From Candidatus Beckwithbacteria bacterium (GTDB taxonomy: Bacteria > Patescibacteriota > Microgenomatia > UBA1400 > CG1-02-47-37): a stretch of 32,972 nt of DNA. The notes beneath the pieces are model-generated. The model saw nothing but the letters and a program-made list of their open reading frames with translations. It was not told the DNA's origin and did no database searches. Of the stretch, positions 12,721 through 22,707 are shown one piece after another. The number at the start of each line of letters is the position of its first letter. Position 1 is the stretch's first letter. Both the position numbers and the translations under genes were made by a program. The stretch covers positions 1-32,972 of the forward strand of contig JBDRQW010000012.1 of assembly GCA_043826085.1 (NCBI GenBank). The letters are read 5' to 3'.

Positions 12721-14877
12721 ATGGCAGATAAACAATCAGACACCAAATCAAAACAAAACTTACCTCTTGATAAAATCAGGAATATCGGTATTATCGCCCA
12801 CATTGATGCCGGCAAAACCACTACCACCGAGCGTATTTTGTTTTACACCGGCAAATCATACAAAATGGGTAATATCGACGACGGCGATACTCAAATGGAC
12901 TGGATGGAACAGGAAAAAGAGCGTGGCATTACTATCATGTCAGCCGCCACCACTGCCTTCTGGACTCCCACCATACCCGGGGCAGTCGATCAAGTTGAAC
13001 ATAGAATTAACATTATCGACACTCCCGGACATGTAGATTTTACCGCCGAAGTTGAAAGATCTCTTAGAGTTTTAGACGGAGGTATCACAGTTCTAGATGC
13101 CGAAGAAGGTGTTCAGTCTCAATCCGAAACTGTTTGGCATCAGGCCAATAAATATAATGTTCCCCGTCTTTGTTTTGTTAATAAAATGGACAAACTGGGG
13201 GCCGACTTTTTAGCTACCGTTAATGACATCAAAGAAAGACTTGGAGCCAACCCGGTCATTATGACTCTTCCAATTGGTGCCGAAAATTCTTTCAAGGGAG
13301 TTGTTTTGCTTCTTGACCAAAAAGCCTTAGTCTGGGAATCAGACGAAACTGGCGCTAAGTATGAAGAAGTTGATATTCCGGAAGACATGAAAGACGAAGT
13401 CAAAAAATACCGAAATCTTCTCATCGAGCAAATTAGCGAACACGACGATAAACTCCTAGAAAAATTTCTTGAAGGAGAAGAACCAACCCTGGATGAACTC
13501 AAGAAAGTCCTAAGAAAAGCCACTCTGGCTTACAAAGTGGTTCCGGTTTTTGCCGGCTCTTCTCTAAGAAACAAAGGGGTTCAACCTTTACTTGACGCAG
13601 TGGTTGAGTATCTCCCCAGTCCGATCGACATCAAAGACGTCAAGGGCATTAATCCAAAAACCGAAAAAGAAGAAGTTAGGCCAAATACCAAAGAAGCTCC
13701 TTTCTCAGCCTTAGCCTTCAAAGTTCAAACCGACCCTCACGTTGGCCGTCTCACTTACATTCGTGTTTATTCGGGCACTCTTCAATCAGGTAGTTATGCC
13801 ACCAACTCCACCAAAGGAGAAAAAGAGCGAGTCGGTCGACTTCTTTTAATGCACGCTAATACCAGAGAAGAGATTGACCAAGCCTCTGCCGGTGAAATCG
13901 TCGCCGTGGTCGGACTTAAAAAAACCACTACCGGAGACACTCTTTGTGACGCCAATAACCCCATAGTTCTTGAGGGAATTACCTTCACTGATCCGGTTAT
14001 CTCTCTTTCTATCGAACCAAAAACCAAAGCCGATCAAGAAAAAATGGGCTATGCTTTAAACAGACTTTCAGAAGAAGATCCAACCTTCACTATCAAAAGC
14101 AATCCCGAAACCGGCCAAACCATTATTTCCGGCATGGGCGAACTTCACTTAGAAATTTTAGTTGATCGCATGAAAAGAGAGTTTAGTGTCGAAGCTAATA
14201 CCGGCCAACCTCAAGTTGCTTATAAAGAAACTATTAAAAAGAATGCTCAAGCAGAAGGCAAGTACATTAAACAATCAGGTGGTCGTGGTCAATACGGTCA
14301 CTGTTTACTAAGAATTGAACCAAAAGCAGCCGGCGAGGGTTTTGAGTTTGTTTCAGAAGTAGTTGGCGGTCGTATCCCCAAAGAATTTATTCCGGCCATT
14401 GGCAAAGGTGTCAAAGAAGCTTTAGAAAACGGTTGCATAGCCGGTTATCCTTTAGTTGATGTCAAAGTCATTGTTTACGATGGCTCTTATCATGATGTTG
14501 ACTCTTCAGAAATTGCCTTTAAAATTGCCGGTTCTATAGCTGTTCAAGCCGCCGTCAAATTAGCCAATCCGATTTTGTTGGAACCAATCATGAAGGTTGA
14601 AGTTTCTACTCCGGAAGAATTTATGGGAGAAATTATTGGGGATTTATCTGCCAAAAGAGCTCAAATTCAAGGTACTGCCAACCGAGGTAAAATTACCATT
14701 ATTACCGCCTTAGTTCCTCTGGCTGAGCTAACTCAATACGTCACGATTTTAAGGTCAATGACTCAAGGTAGAGCCAGTTTTTATATGGAACCATCTCATT
14801 ACGAAGAAGTTCCACAAAACATCACCGAAATTATCATAAAAAAGCAAAATCCATCCACCTCAGAAAAAAAGGATTGA
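12721..14877 (+). CDS. fusA: Elongation factor G
   Basis: [24 protein letters not shown] and [14 protein letters not shown] 12721 is preferred. Confidence 0.99.
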   Translation: MADKQSDTKSKQNLPLDKIRNIGIIAHIDAGKTTTTERILFYTGKSYKMGNIDDGDTQMDWMEQEKERGITIMSAATTAFWTPTIPGAVDQVEHRINIIDTPGHVDFTAEVERSLRVLDGGITVLDAEEGVQSQSETVWHQANKYNVPRLCFVNKMDKLGADFLATVNDIKERLGANPVIMTLPIGAENSFKGVVLLLDQKALVWESDETGAKYEEVDIPEDMKDEVKKYRNLLIEQISEHDDKLLEKFLEGEEPTLDELKKVLRKATLAYKVVPVFAGSSLRNKGVQPLLDAVVEYLPSPIDIKDVKGINPKTEKEEVRPNTKEAPFSALAFKVQTDPHVGRLTYIRVYSGTLQSGSYATNSTKGEKERVGRLLLMHANTREEIDQASAGEIVAVVGLKKTTTGDTLCDANNPIVLEGITFTDPVISLSIEPKTKADQEKMGYALNRLSEEDPTFTIKSNPETGQTIISGMGELHLEILVDRMKREFSVEANTGQPQVAYKETIKKNAQAEGKYIKQSGGRGQYGHCLLRIEPKAAGEGFEFVSEVVGGRIPKEFIPAIGKGVKEALENGCIAGYPLVDVKVIVYDGSYHDVDSSEIAFKIAGSIAVQAAVKLANPILLEPIMKVEVSTPEEFMGEIIGDLSAKRAQIQGTANRGKITIITALVPLAELTQYVTILRSMTQGRASFYMEPSHYEEVPQNITEIIIKKQNPSTSEKKD

Positions 14878-14939
14878 TTATGGTAAAATATAAAATGCTA
14901 GAAAAATAAATTACTAGCTATTAAATAAAAGGAGGCCTT

Positions 14940-16118
14940 ATGGCAACATTTACAAGAACTAAACCCCATTTAAACGTCGGGACCATTGGTCACGTCGATC
15001 ACGGTAAGACAACTTTGTCTGCCGCTATTACTCAATACTTGGCAAAGACAAACCAAGCCCAAGCTTTAAAATTTGACGAGATTGATAAATCTCCGGAAGA
15101 AAAAGAGCGTGGTATTACTATTTCTATTACTCACTTAGAGTATGAAACAGACAATCGTCATTATGCTCATATTGATTGTCCGGGTCACAAAGACTACATT
15201 AAAAATATGATCACCGGTGCCGCTCAAATGGACGGTGCTATTTTAGTTGTAGCCGCTACTGATGGCCCTATGCCTCAGACCAGAGAACATCTTCTCTTAG
15301 CCAAACAAGTTAATGTTCCGGCTTTGGTAGTTTACCTTAACAAAGTTGATATGGTAGATGACAAGGAAATGGTTGATTTAGTTGAAGAGGAAATTAGAGA
15401 ACTCTTGACTAAGTACGAATTTCCAGGCAAAGATGTGCCAATAATTAGAGGCAGTGCTTTAAAAGCCTTAGAAGGTGACGCTGAAGCTGAAAAATCCATT
15501 CAAGAGCTTATGAAAGCTCTAGATGAATACATTCCGGCTCCAAAAAGAGAATTGGATAAACCATTTCTTATGGCTGTTGAAGACGTCTTTTCTATCAAAG
15601 GTAGAGGCACAGTCGTTACCGGTAGAATTGACCGGGGTAAAATTAAAATTGGTGAGGAAGTCGAAATTATCGGTCTTAAAGCCACCAGAAAAACCACCGT
15701 TACCGGAGTCGAAATGTTTAGAAAACAACTTGAAGACGGTCAAGCCGGTGACAATGTTGGTATTTTGCTTCGCGGAGTAGAGAAAGATGACGTCGAAAGA
15801 GGCCAAGTTCTTGCTAAGCCGGGATCACTTAAAGCCAGCACCGAGTTTGAGGCCGAAGTTTATATTCTTTCAAAAGAAGAAGGCGGTCGTCACACTCCAT
15901 TCTTTTCTGGTTACAAACCTCAGTTTTATATCAGAACCACTGATGTAACCGGAGATGTTACCTTACCAGAAGGGGTTGAGATGGTTATGCCGGGAGACAA
16001 CGCTAAGATGATTGCCAAACTCATCCAGCCGGTTGCCCTGGAAGAAGGACTTCGTTTCGCTGTTCGCGAAGGCGGTCTGACTGTAGGAGCCGGTGTCATT
16101 ACAAAAATTATTAAATAA
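14940..16118 (+). CDS. tuf: Elongation factor Tu
   Basis: [14 protein letters not shown] and EEGGRHTPF; AGGAGG RBS. Confidence 0.99.
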   Translation: MATFTRTKPHLNVGTIGHVDHGKTTLSAAITQYLAKTNQAQALKFDEIDKSPEEKERGITISITHLEYETDNRHYAHIDCPGHKDYIKNMITGAAQMDGAILVVAATDGPMPQTREHLLLAKQVNVPALVVYLNKVDMVDDKEMVDLVEEEIRELLTKYEFPGKDVPIIRGSALKALEGDAEAEKSIQELMKALDEYIPAPKRELDKPFLMAVEDVFSIKGRGTVVTGRIDRGKIKIGEEVEIIGLKATRKTTVTGVEMFRKQLEDGQAGDNVGILLRGVEKDDVERGQVLAKPGSLKASTEFEAEVYILSKEEGGRHTPFFSGYKPQFYIRTTDVTGDVTLPEGVEMVMPGDNAKMIAKLIQPVALEEGLRFAVREGGLTVGAGVITKIIK

Positions 16119-16136
16119 TTTTTTAAAATTCAATAA

Positions 16137-16173
16137 CACTCCCGGAGTGAAAGAAGTTCACACTCCGGGAGTG
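16137..16173. repeat. Family B inverted doublet (intergenic, tuf-rpsJ)
   Basis: CACTCCCGGAGTG-AAAGAAGTTCA-CACTCCGGGAGTG, identical to 32020-32056. Confidence 0.95.
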
Positions 16174-16197
16174 GTTAATAAAGAACCTTATCTTCTT

Positions 16198-16506
16198 ATG
16201 TCAAAAAGTAGAATTAGAATCAGATTAAAATCTTATGATCATCGGATCATAGATGAGTGTTGCCAAAAAATACTTGATACCGCTCTTTCAACAGGAGCTA
16301 AAGTCATTGGCCCCATTCCTTTACCAACCAGAAGAAAGCTGGTTTGTGTTACCACCAGCCCTCACGCAGATAAAGATGCCAGAGAGCACTTTCAGTTATT
16401 AACCCATAAAAGACTTGTAGATATCATTGATTCTACAGATAAAACTATCGATAGTTTAATGCACTTGGAATTGCCCGCCGGAGTTGGTATTGAAATTCGA
16501 ATGTAA
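16198..16506 (+). CDS. rpsJ: 30S ribosomal protein S10
   Basis: RIRIRLKSYDHR, GPIPLPT and LELPAGV. The start is ATG 16198. Confidence 0.98.
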   Translation: MSKSRIRIRLKSYDHRIIDECCQKILDTALSTGAKVIGPIPLPTRRKLVCVTTSPHADKDAREHFQLLTHKRLVDIIDSTDKTIDSLMHLELPAGVGIEIRM

Positions 16507-16512
16507 AGTTTC

Positions 16513-17253
16513 ATGATTAACACATTTTTTGCTACCAAACTAAAAACTGCCCAAGCCTTTGATGATAAAGGCAATCGTTTGGTAGTCACCAAAATAAAGT
16601 CTACCCCTTTAACTGTTACTCAAATAAAATCTGTTGAAAAAGATGGTTATTGGTCAATTCAATGTGCTTTTGGGAGAAAATCAAAAAAATCTTTATCAAA
16701 ACCACTTTTAGGACATCTTAAAGCATCGACCAAAGGCCGATCGTCCTCTGGACGAAAACTGAAAACCGCCCCTAAATTTATCAGGGAAATTAGAATTTTA
16801 AAAGAACCAACTTTAAAAGTAGGCGATCAAATCAAAGCTTCAGATGTTTTAAAAGCCGGTGACAAAGTAAAAGTTGTCGGTATTTCAAAAGGTAGAGGTT
16901 TTGCCGGAGTTATGAAGCGTTGGGGTTTCAAGGGTGGTCCAAGAACTCACGGCCAGTCAGATAGACCAAGATCTATAGGTTCTATTGGTCAAGGAACAGA
17001 CCCCGGTCGTGTTTGGAAAGGTAAAAAAATGCCGGGTAGATTTGGCACAGACAGAATTACTGTCAAAAACCTTCGAGTTTTAGAAGTTAATGACCAAGAT
17101 AATCTCATTAGTATCAAGGGTACGGTTCCAAGTTTTAATACTGCCCTTCTTGAAATCACCAAAATCAAAGAAGCTCCTACTTCCACTCCCGGAGTGAAAC
17201 CTGCCTGCGCAGGCAGGGAAGTTCCCACTCCGGGAGTGTCCAAAACAAAATAA
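16513..17253 (+). CDS. rplC: 50S ribosomal protein L3 with an internal and a C-terminal repeat-derived segment
   Basis: SKGRGFAGVMKRWGF and PGRVWKGKKMPG. Confidence 0.98.
   Translation: MINTFFATKLKTAQAFDDKGNRLVVTKIKSTPLTVTQIKSVEKDGYWSIQCAFGRKSKKSLSKPLLGHLKASTKGRSSSGRKLKTAPKFIREIRILKEPTLKVGDQIKASDVLKAGDKVKVVGISKGRGFAGVMKRWGFKGGPRTHGQSDRPRSIGSIGQGTDPGRVWKGKKMPGRFGTDRITVKNLRVLEVNDQDNLISIKGTVPSFNTALLEITKIKEAPTSTPGVKPACAGREVPTPGVSKTK
16726..16755. repeat. Family F double-hairpin 30-nt in-frame insertion in rplC (STKGRSSSGR)
   Basis: TCGACC-AAA-GGCCGA followed by TCGTCC-TCT-GGACGA; single copy in the window. Confidence 0.7.
17184..17238. repeat. Family B doublet with nested 18-nt family G palindrome, in-frame in the rplC tail
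   Basis: CACTCCCGGAGTG-AAA-[CCTGCCTGCGCAGGCAGG]-GAAGTTCC-CACTCCGGGAGTG, identical to 25137-25191. Confidence 0.96.
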
Positions 17254-17256
17254 CCT

Positions 17257-17883
17257 ATGCCATCAATAGATATTTACAACACCACTACCAAAAAGACTAC
17301 AAAAATTAATCTTAAAAAAGAGATTTTTGAGGCTAAAATTAACCAGCCTTTAATGGCTCAAGCCGTCAAAGTTTATTTATCTAATCAACGTCAAGCCCCT
17401 GCCAGAACTAAATCAAGAGGAGAAGTCAAAGTCACCAAACAAAAAGTTTGGCGTCAAAAAGGTACCGGCCGAGCCCGTCACGGTAGTAGAAATGCCCCTA
17501 TCTTTGTTGGCGGAGCCAAAGCCCACGGTCCCACCGGTGAGCAAAATTATAAACTAAATCTATCCAAGAAAATGAAACGCGCCAGTTTATTTAGTGCTCT
17601 TACCAAACAATTAAAAGACAAAAAAATCATGGCTATAACCGGCCTGGAAAAACTTACTCCTAAAACTAAAAAATTCAACTTAATATTTACCAAACTCACA
17701 AAAACCCCTAAAAAAATCCTTCTCGTCACCAATCTTTCGTCTATAAAAAGAGCCACTAATAACTTACCTTACATTAATTCAGCCACTGCCAAAAACTTAA
17801 CCACCTATCACACTTTAAACGCCAATAAAATCATCTTTACCAAAGAGTCTTTAAAAGCCCTAGAGGAGCATTATGTCTTTTGA
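17257..17883 (+). CDS. rplD: 50S ribosomal protein L4
   Basis: WRQKGTGRARHGS. Confidence 0.98.
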   Translation: MPSIDIYNTTTKKTTKINLKKEIFEAKINQPLMAQAVKVYLSNQRQAPARTKSRGEVKVTKQKVWRQKGTGRARHGSRNAPIFVGGAKAHGPTGEQNYKLNLSKKMKRASLFSALTKQLKDKKIMAITGLEKLTPKTKKFNLIFTKLTKTPKKILLVTNLSSIKRATNNLPYINSATAKNLTTYHTLNANKIIFTKESLKALEEHYVF

Positions 17884-18316
17884 TGTTATTTTAATAAAAC
17901 CATCCATCACTGAAAAATCCTTTAAATTAGCTCAAAGTGGTCAGTTTACCTTTTTTGTAAAAAAGTCTGCCAGTAAACATGCCATTGCTCACGCTATTGA
18001 AGAATTATTTAAAGTCAATGTTATCAAAGTCAGAACCGTCAAAAAAGCCGGTAAAGTTAAAAGGTCTGGCAAAAGCAAAATCGCCAAAAAGTATTCAGAT
18101 CAAAAAAAGGCGATTGTTACCTTAAAACCGGGTCAGATGATCGAGTACTTTAAATTACCGGAAGAAAAACGTAAAGCTCAGAGAACTCAGAAAAAATCAG
18201 TTTCCTCAGTGTTGCAGAAATCTCAGAGTTCCACTCCGGGAGTGTTAAAAAAACAGTCTAAACCTAGCCTTCTTGGTAAACTAAAAAAAATAACTAAGAG
18301 GACTCAAGATAAGTAA
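17873..18316 (+). CDS. rplW: 50S ribosomal protein L23 with an extension of about 50 aa
   Basis: [15 protein letters not shown] and operon position. Confidence 0.96.
   Translation: MSFDVILIKPSITEKSFKLAQSGQFTFFVKKSASKHAIAHAIEELFKVNVIKVRTVKKAGKVKRSGKSKIAKKYSDQKKAIVTLKPGQMIEYFKLPEEKRKAQRTQKKSVSSVLQKSQSSTPGVLKKQSKPSLLGKLKKITKRTQDK
18177..18244 (+). repeat. Degenerate ~9-nt CTCAG tandem array plus a single family B unit in the rplW tail
   Basis: (C)TCAG at 18177, 18186, 18196, 18205, 18213 (TGCAG) and 18222; CACTCCGGGAGTG at 18232-18244. Confidence 0.75.
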
Positions 18317-18318
18317 AT

Positions 18319-19143
18319 ATGGCAATTAGAACTTATAAACCAACCACCCCGGGCAGGCGTCATCGACGAGACATTATTTGTGATGAAATCACCGCCACCA
18401 AGCCGGAAAAAAGTCTTACTAAAGTAATTAACTACAAGGCCGGTAGAAACAGTACTGGTAAAATTTCTGTTAGGCATCAAGGTGGCCGTCACAAAAGACA
18501 ATATCGTATTATTGACTTTAAACGAGATAAAAGAGACATTCCGGCCAAGGTAGCTACTATTGAATATGATCCAAACAGAAGCGCTAATATTGCTTTACTT
18601 CACTATGTAGATGGCGCTAAAAGATATATTTTAGCGCCCAAGGGTTTAAAAATAAATCAACCTATCATGTCAGGCGAAAAAGCTTCGATTAAACCCGGTA
18701 ACGCTTGTCCTTTAAAAGTTATTCCGGTCGGTAGTTTAATCCATAATCTCGAGATCACTCCGGGCAAAGGTGGTCAGATGGTTAGGTCAGCCGGAACTGC
18801 CGCCACTCTTCAAGGTAAAGACAAAAAAGCTATTATCAAACTCCCTTCCGGAGAAGTCCGTTTAATTTCTTTAGCATGTTATGCTACAATCGGCGAGGTT
18901 GGAAACCAAGACGTTAAAAACATTAAGCTTGGCAAGGCTGGAAGAAAACGCCACATGGGAGTTAGACCCACTGTTCGTGGAGTAGCCCAACATCCGGCTT
19001 CTCACCCTCATGGTGGAGGTGAAGGTCGAAGCGGTATTGGAATGCCGTCTCCTTTAAGTCCTTGGGGTAAAAAGACTCTTGGTAAAAAGACCAGAAGAGC
19101 AAGAAAATACTCAACCAAATTTATTATTAAAAAAAGAAAGTAA
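18319..19143 (+). CDS. rplB: 50S ribosomal protein L2
   Basis: [18 protein letters not shown] and HPHGGGEG. Confidence 0.99.
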   Translation: MAIRTYKPTTPGRRHRRDIICDEITATKPEKSLTKVINYKAGRNSTGKISVRHQGGRHKRQYRIIDFKRDKRDIPAKVATIEYDPNRSANIALLHYVDGAKRYILAPKGLKINQPIMSGEKASIKPGNACPLKVIPVGSLIHNLEITPGKGGQMVRSAGTAATLQGKDKKAIIKLPSGEVRLISLACYATIGEVGNQDVKNIKLGKAGRKRHMGVRPTVRGVAQHPASHPHGGGEGRSGIGMPSPLSPWGKKTLGKKTRRARKYSTKFIIKKRK

Positions 19144-19148
19144 AAATC

Positions 19149-19186
19149 AAGGTTACGAACTCGAACTTCTTAAAGTTCGTAACCTT
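19149..19186. repeat. Family C hairpin repeat (intergenic, rplB-rpsS)
   Basis: AAGGTTACGAACT-CGAACTTCTTAA-AGTTCGTAACCTT. Confidence 0.95.
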
Positions 19187-19194
19187 AACAATTT

Positions 19195-19479
19195 ATGTCA
19201 AGATCAAGCAAAAAAGGACCATACGTAGACGAAAGATTGGTCAAAAAAATCGAAAAGATGAAGGCTGATGGCAAAAAAGAGGCCATCAAGACTTGGTCTA
19301 GAGCCAGTCAAATCTCTCCGGATTTTGTTGGGCATACTTTTCTTGTCCACAATGGCAATAAATTTTTAGAAGTTTTTGTAAACGAAGCCATGGTTGGCCA
19401 CCGTTTAGGAGAATTTTCTCCAACCCGTACCTTTAGGGGTCACGGAAAAATGGTCAAGAGAACCGTTACTAAGACTTAA
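19195..19479 (+). CDS. rpsS: 30S ribosomal protein S19
   Basis: [10 protein letters not shown] and [12 protein letters not shown]. Confidence 0.99.
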   Translation: MSRSSKKGPYVDERLVKKIEKMKADGKKEAIKTWSRASQISPDFVGHTFLVHNGNKFLEVFVNEAMVGHRLGEFSPTRTFRGHGKMVKRTVTKT

Positions 19480-19481
19480 AT

Positions 19482-19940
19482 ATGATCAAAGCCGAAGCAA
19501 AATTTATCAGAACCAGCCCAAGAAAACTTAGGCTAGTGGCCGATCTGGTTAGAAACATGAGTTTAGCCGAAGCCATAAGTACCTTAACTCATCTTAGAAA
19601 AAGGTCGGTTACTCCACTTTTAAAAACTCTAAAGCAAGCCACCGCCAACGCTGTTAATAATCTAAATTTAAGCAAAGACTCTCTTCAAATTCAATCAATT
19701 GAAGTGAACGAGGGAGCCACTTACAAACGTTGGAATCCGGTTTCCCGCGGTCGGGCTCACTCAATTTTAAAAAGAACCAGTCATATAAAAGTACTTTTAA
19801 AGTCGAACAATTCCGAAAAAGGTGACACCTTGACAGGAGACGCGAGAGAATCTCGAGTCGGGACGGCGAAGCCGGAAGGTGTCACCTTATCGGAAAAGAC
19901 TTCCACTCCCACTCCGGGAGTGATAAAAGGGAAGAAATAA
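19482..19940 (+). CDS. rplV: 50S ribosomal protein L22 with a repeat-derived tail
   Basis: SPRKLRLVADL and KRTSHI. Confidence 0.98.
   Translation: MIKAEAKFIRTSPRKLRLVADLVRNMSLAEAISTLTHLRKRSVTPLLKTLKQATANAVNNLNLSKDSLQIQSIEVNEGATYKRWNPVSRGRAHSILKRTSHIKVLLKSNNSEKGDTLTGDARESRVGTAKPEGVTLSEKTSTPTPGVIKGKK
19819..19888. repeat. Family D 70-nt inverted doublet, in-frame in rplV
   Basis: AAGGTGACACCTT...AAGGTGTCACCTT with two internal hairpins; 69/70 identical to 32091-32160. Confidence 0.96.
19910..19922. repeat. Single family B unit in the rplV tail (TPGV)
   Basis: CACTCCGGGAGTG. Confidence 0.9.
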
Positions 19941-19941
19941 T

Positions 19942-20598
19942 ATGGGACAAAAAGTACATCCAAAATCATTTAGAATAGGCCCTCTTTACACTTGGTCCAG
20001 TAATTGGTTTGCCACGAAAAAAGACTATCAAAAGTTTTTACTGGAAGATATTCAATTAAGAAAGTTTTTGTTTAGTAAACTTGAACTTGCGGGTATTACC
20101 GAAGTAAAAATCGAGCGTTCCATCAATACTATAAAGTTTATTCTTCATGTCTCTAGACCGGGTGTGGTTATTGGTCGCGGTGGTTCAGGCATTGAAGAAC
20201 TAAAAAAGATTTTATTTAATAAACTAAAATTTAATAAACAAACAAACAAAGCTCCAAAATTCGAACTCGAGGTAGTTGAAGTCAAAAAGCCGGATTTATC
20301 AGCTAGGTTAATTGGTCTAAGAATTGCCGATCAAATGTTAAAACGTTACCCTCATAGAAGAGCTATTTCTCAGGCTTTAGAAAGAGCCATGACTGGCGGA
20401 GCTAAGGGTGTAAAAATTGTTTTAGCCGGTCGTATCAATGGAGCCGAAATTGGTAGAACTGAAAAGTATTCAAAAGGCAGTGTTCCTTTGAGTACTATAA
20501 GATCAGACATTGATTACTTTGAAAAACCGGCTTTAACTAAGTTTGGTTATGTTGGTATTAAAGTATGGGTATATAAAGGAGAATTAAATATAGTTTAA
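19942..20598 (+). CDS. rpsC: 30S ribosomal protein S3
   Basis: MGQKVHP, RPGVVIGRGG and GIKVWVYKGE. Confidence 0.99.
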   Translation: MGQKVHPKSFRIGPLYTWSSNWFATKKDYQKFLLEDIQLRKFLFSKLELAGITEVKIERSINTIKFILHVSRPGVVIGRGGSGIEELKKILFNKLKFNKQTNKAPKFELEVVEVKKPDLSARLIGLRIADQMLKRYPHRRAISQALERAMTGGAKGVKIVLAGRINGAEIGRTEKYSKGSVPLSTIRSDIDYFEKPALTKFGYVGIKVWVYKGELNIV

Positions 20599-20637
20599 GG
20601 TTCGGAACTAGAACTTCTTAAAGTTCACGAACCTTAA
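20595..20637. repeat. Family C variant overlapping the rpsC stop
   Basis: TTAAGGTTCGGAACT-AGAACTTCTTAA-AGTTCACGAACCTTAA. Confidence 0.9.
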
Positions 20638-20646
20638 TTTTACATT

Positions 20647-21054
20647 ATGTTACAACCAAAAAGAATGAAATACCGCAAGCATTTTCGAGGTTCTATGAAG
20701 GGCAATGCTAATGTTGGCTCAAAAGTCTCTTTTGGCGAGTATGGCTTAAAGGCACAAGGTAGAGGTTGGATGACCAATAGGCAAATTGAGGCCGCTAGAA
20801 AAACTATCAGCCATCATACTAAAAGAGCCGGAAAACTCTGGATTAGAGTTTTCCCGGATAAAACCTACACTAAAAAAGCCGCCGGTGTTCGCATGGGTGG
20901 TGGCAAAGGAGAAATCGAAGGCTATGTTTGTGTTATTAAACCCGGTCGTGTTATCTTTGAGTTGGCTGGAGTAGATGAAAGCATTGCTCGCGAATCATTT
21001 AGGTTAGCTACTCAAAAGTTACCTATGAAAACCAAATTTGTAACCAAAATCTGA
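20647..21054 (+). CDS. rplP: 50S ribosomal protein L16
   Basis: [11 protein letters not shown] and VRMGGGKG. Confidence 0.99.
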   Translation: MLQPKRMKYRKHFRGSMKGNANVGSKVSFGEYGLKAQGRGWMTNRQIEAARKTISHHTKRAGKLWIRVFPDKTYTKKAAGVRMGGGKGEIEGYVCVIKPGRVIFELAGVDESIARESFRLATQKLPMKTKFVTKI

Positions 21055-21055
21055 T

Positions 21056-21253
21056 ATGAATCAAAAAGATAAACAAGCTCTTCAAGCTAAAACTACCAAA
21101 GAATTAACAGCCGATCTTTTAAAGTTAAAAAAAGATTTGGTTGATCAAAAATTAAAATTAAAAACCGGTTCTTTAAAAGATACCTCGAGTCTTAAAAAAA
21201 CTCGTTATCAAATAAACATAAGGTTACGAACTTTAAGAAGTTCGAGTTCGTAA
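21056..21253 (+). CDS. rpmC: 50S ribosomal protein L29 (C-terminus encoded by a repeat)
   Basis: 65-aa basic helical protein between rplP and rpsQ. Confidence 0.9.
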   Translation: MNQKDKQALQAKTTKELTADLLKLKKDLVDQKLKLKTGSLKDTSSLKKTRYQINIRLRTLRSSSS

Positions 21254-21257
21254 CCTT
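21220..21257. repeat. Family C copy in reverse orientation encoding the last residues and stop of rpmC
   Basis: AAGGTTACGAACT-TTAAGAAGTTCG-AGTTCGTAACCTT, the exact reverse complement of 19149-19186. Confidence 0.95.
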
Positions 21258-21264
21258 CACCACT

Positions 21265-21495
21265 ATGAAAAAACAACTAACCGCCACTGTTATCAGTGCC
21301 AAAATGCAAAAAACAGTCAAAGTTCAAGTAATTCGAAAATGGGCTCACCCTGTCTACAAAAAAATCATCACCAAGAAAAAAAACTACTTAGTTCACAATG
21401 AAAAACTTGATTTAAAACCAGGTGATAAAGTTATTATTGAAGAAACTAAACCCATTAGCAAGAAAAAAACTTGGCAGATTGAGAGTAAGGTATGA
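21265..21495 (+). CDS. rpsQ: 30S ribosomal protein S17
   Basis: KMQKTV, HPVYKK and [11 protein letters not shown]. Confidence 0.97.
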   Translation: MKKQLTATVISAKMQKTVKVQVIRKWAHPVYKKIITKKKNYLVHNEKLDLKPGDKVIIEETKPISKKKTWQIESKV

Positions 21496-21866
21496 TTCAA
21501 CTAAGATCAACCTTAAAAGTCGCTGATAATTCCGGAGGTAAAAAACTACGGGTTATCTTGGTCCATGGTGGTTCAAAAAAACGTTTTGGTCACATTGGAG
21601 ATATTGTTACTGCTTCTGTTATTCAAGCTCACCCTCACGCTCAAGTTAAATCAGGTGAAGTTGTCAAAGCAGTCATAGTTAGAACCAGAAAAGAAACTGC
21701 CAGAAAAGATGGTTCTTATGTTCGTTTTGATGACAATGCCGCTGTTATTTTAGAAAATGTTAAAAATAAAGAGCCAAAAGGCACCAGAATTTTTGGGCCG
21801 GTGGCTCGAGAAATTAAAGAGTTTGGCTACAACAAAATTGCCTCTCAGGCTCCAGAGGTTTTATGA
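21492..21866 (+). CDS. rplN: 50S ribosomal protein L14
   Basis: VADNSG and [11 protein letters not shown]. Confidence 0.99.
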   Translation: MIQLRSTLKVADNSGGKKLRVILVHGGSKKRFGHIGDIVTASVIQAHPHAQVKSGEVVKAVIVRTRKETARKDGSYVRFDDNAAVILENVKNKEPKGTRIFGPVAREIKEFGYNKIASQAPEVL

Positions 21867-22168
21867 AATTAAAAGTAAATGACACCATCAAAGTAACTCT
21901 TGGTAAAGATAGGGGTAAAACCGGCAAGATCGAAAAAATTTTTCCAAAGAAAAACATGGTTCAAGTTCCGGGTATCAATGTCTATAAAAAGCATCTCAAA
22001 GCTCAGGGCGAATCCAAACCCGGTGGTATTATTGATTTGGTTAAACCTATGTATGTTTCAAAAGTTGCCTTAATTTGCCCAAAGTGTCAAAAAATCACTA
22101 GGGTGGGTTATCAAGGTCAAGGTAAAAAGAAAGTTAGAATTTGTAAAAAATGCAAGGCTATTCTATGA
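21863..22168 (+). CDS. rplX: 50S ribosomal protein L24
   Basis: [11 protein letters not shown] motif; two CxxC motifs. Confidence 0.97.
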   Translation: MKLKVNDTIKVTLGKDRGKTGKIEKIFPKKNMVQVPGINVYKKHLKAQGESKPGGIIDLVKPMYVSKVALICPKCQKITRVGYQGQGKKKVRICKKCKAIL

Positions 22169-22707
22169 ACCGTCTAAAAGAAAAATACCAAAAAGAAATA
22201 ATCAAAACTCTAAAAAAAGAGTTTAAACTAACTAACGACTTAGCAGTTCCAAAAGTTACCAAAATAGTCATTAATGTTGGTTTAAAAGAAGGTGCCGGAG
22301 ACAAAGGTATAGTCAAAAAAGTTTCCGATTATATCAGTTTAATTGCCGGTCAAAAAGCTATTATTACCAGAGCCAGGGTAGCTGAAGCCGCCTTTAAAAC
22401 TAGAAAAGACGATCCCATTGGAGTTAAAGTTACTTTAAGAAACAAAAGAATGTATGAGTTTTTAGATAAATTTATTTCTATTGTTCTTCCAAGAGTTAGA
22501 GATTTCCAAGGAGTATCCAGAAAATCTTTCGACGGTCGTGGCAATTATTCAATCGGTTTAAATGATCAAACTGTTTTTCAAGAGGTAGATTATGATACAA
22601 TCGACACTGTTCGAGGATTACAAATAAATTTTGTTACTAATACTAATAACGACAAACTAGCTTTAAGATTATTAAAACTCTTAGGTATGCCTTATGTCAA
22701 AAGTTAA
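22165..22707 (+). CDS. rplE: 50S ribosomal protein L5
   Basis: MNRLKEKY and LPRVRDFQG; the ATG overlaps the rplX stop. Confidence 0.98.
   Translation: MNRLKEKYQKEIIKTLKKEFKLTNDLAVPKVTKIVINVGLKEGAGDKGIVKKVSDYISLIAGQKAIITRARVAEAAFKTRKDDPIGVKVTLRNKRMYEFLDKFISIVLPRVRDFQGVSRKSFDGRGNYSIGLNDQTVFQEVDYDTIDTVRGLQINFVTNTNNDKLALRLLKLLGMPYVKS

Noticed and set aside
13021-13030. ACTCCCGGA matches in fusA (DTPG), similar partial matches in secY (VPGV) and at 32872
   Set aside because: They encode conserved or ordinary residues and lack the full 13-nt palindrome.
16093-16197. 35-aa N-terminal extension of S10 containing TPGVKEVHTPGV
   Set aside because: The upstream GTG overlaps tuf. The ATG at 16198 gives a normal S10, so this copy is treated as intergenic.
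16989-17243. Antisense ORFs containing TPGV (also 19781-19969 and 24927-25208) and other short overlapping ORFs
   Set aside because: They are shadows of conserved genes; the palindrome reads TPGV on both strands.
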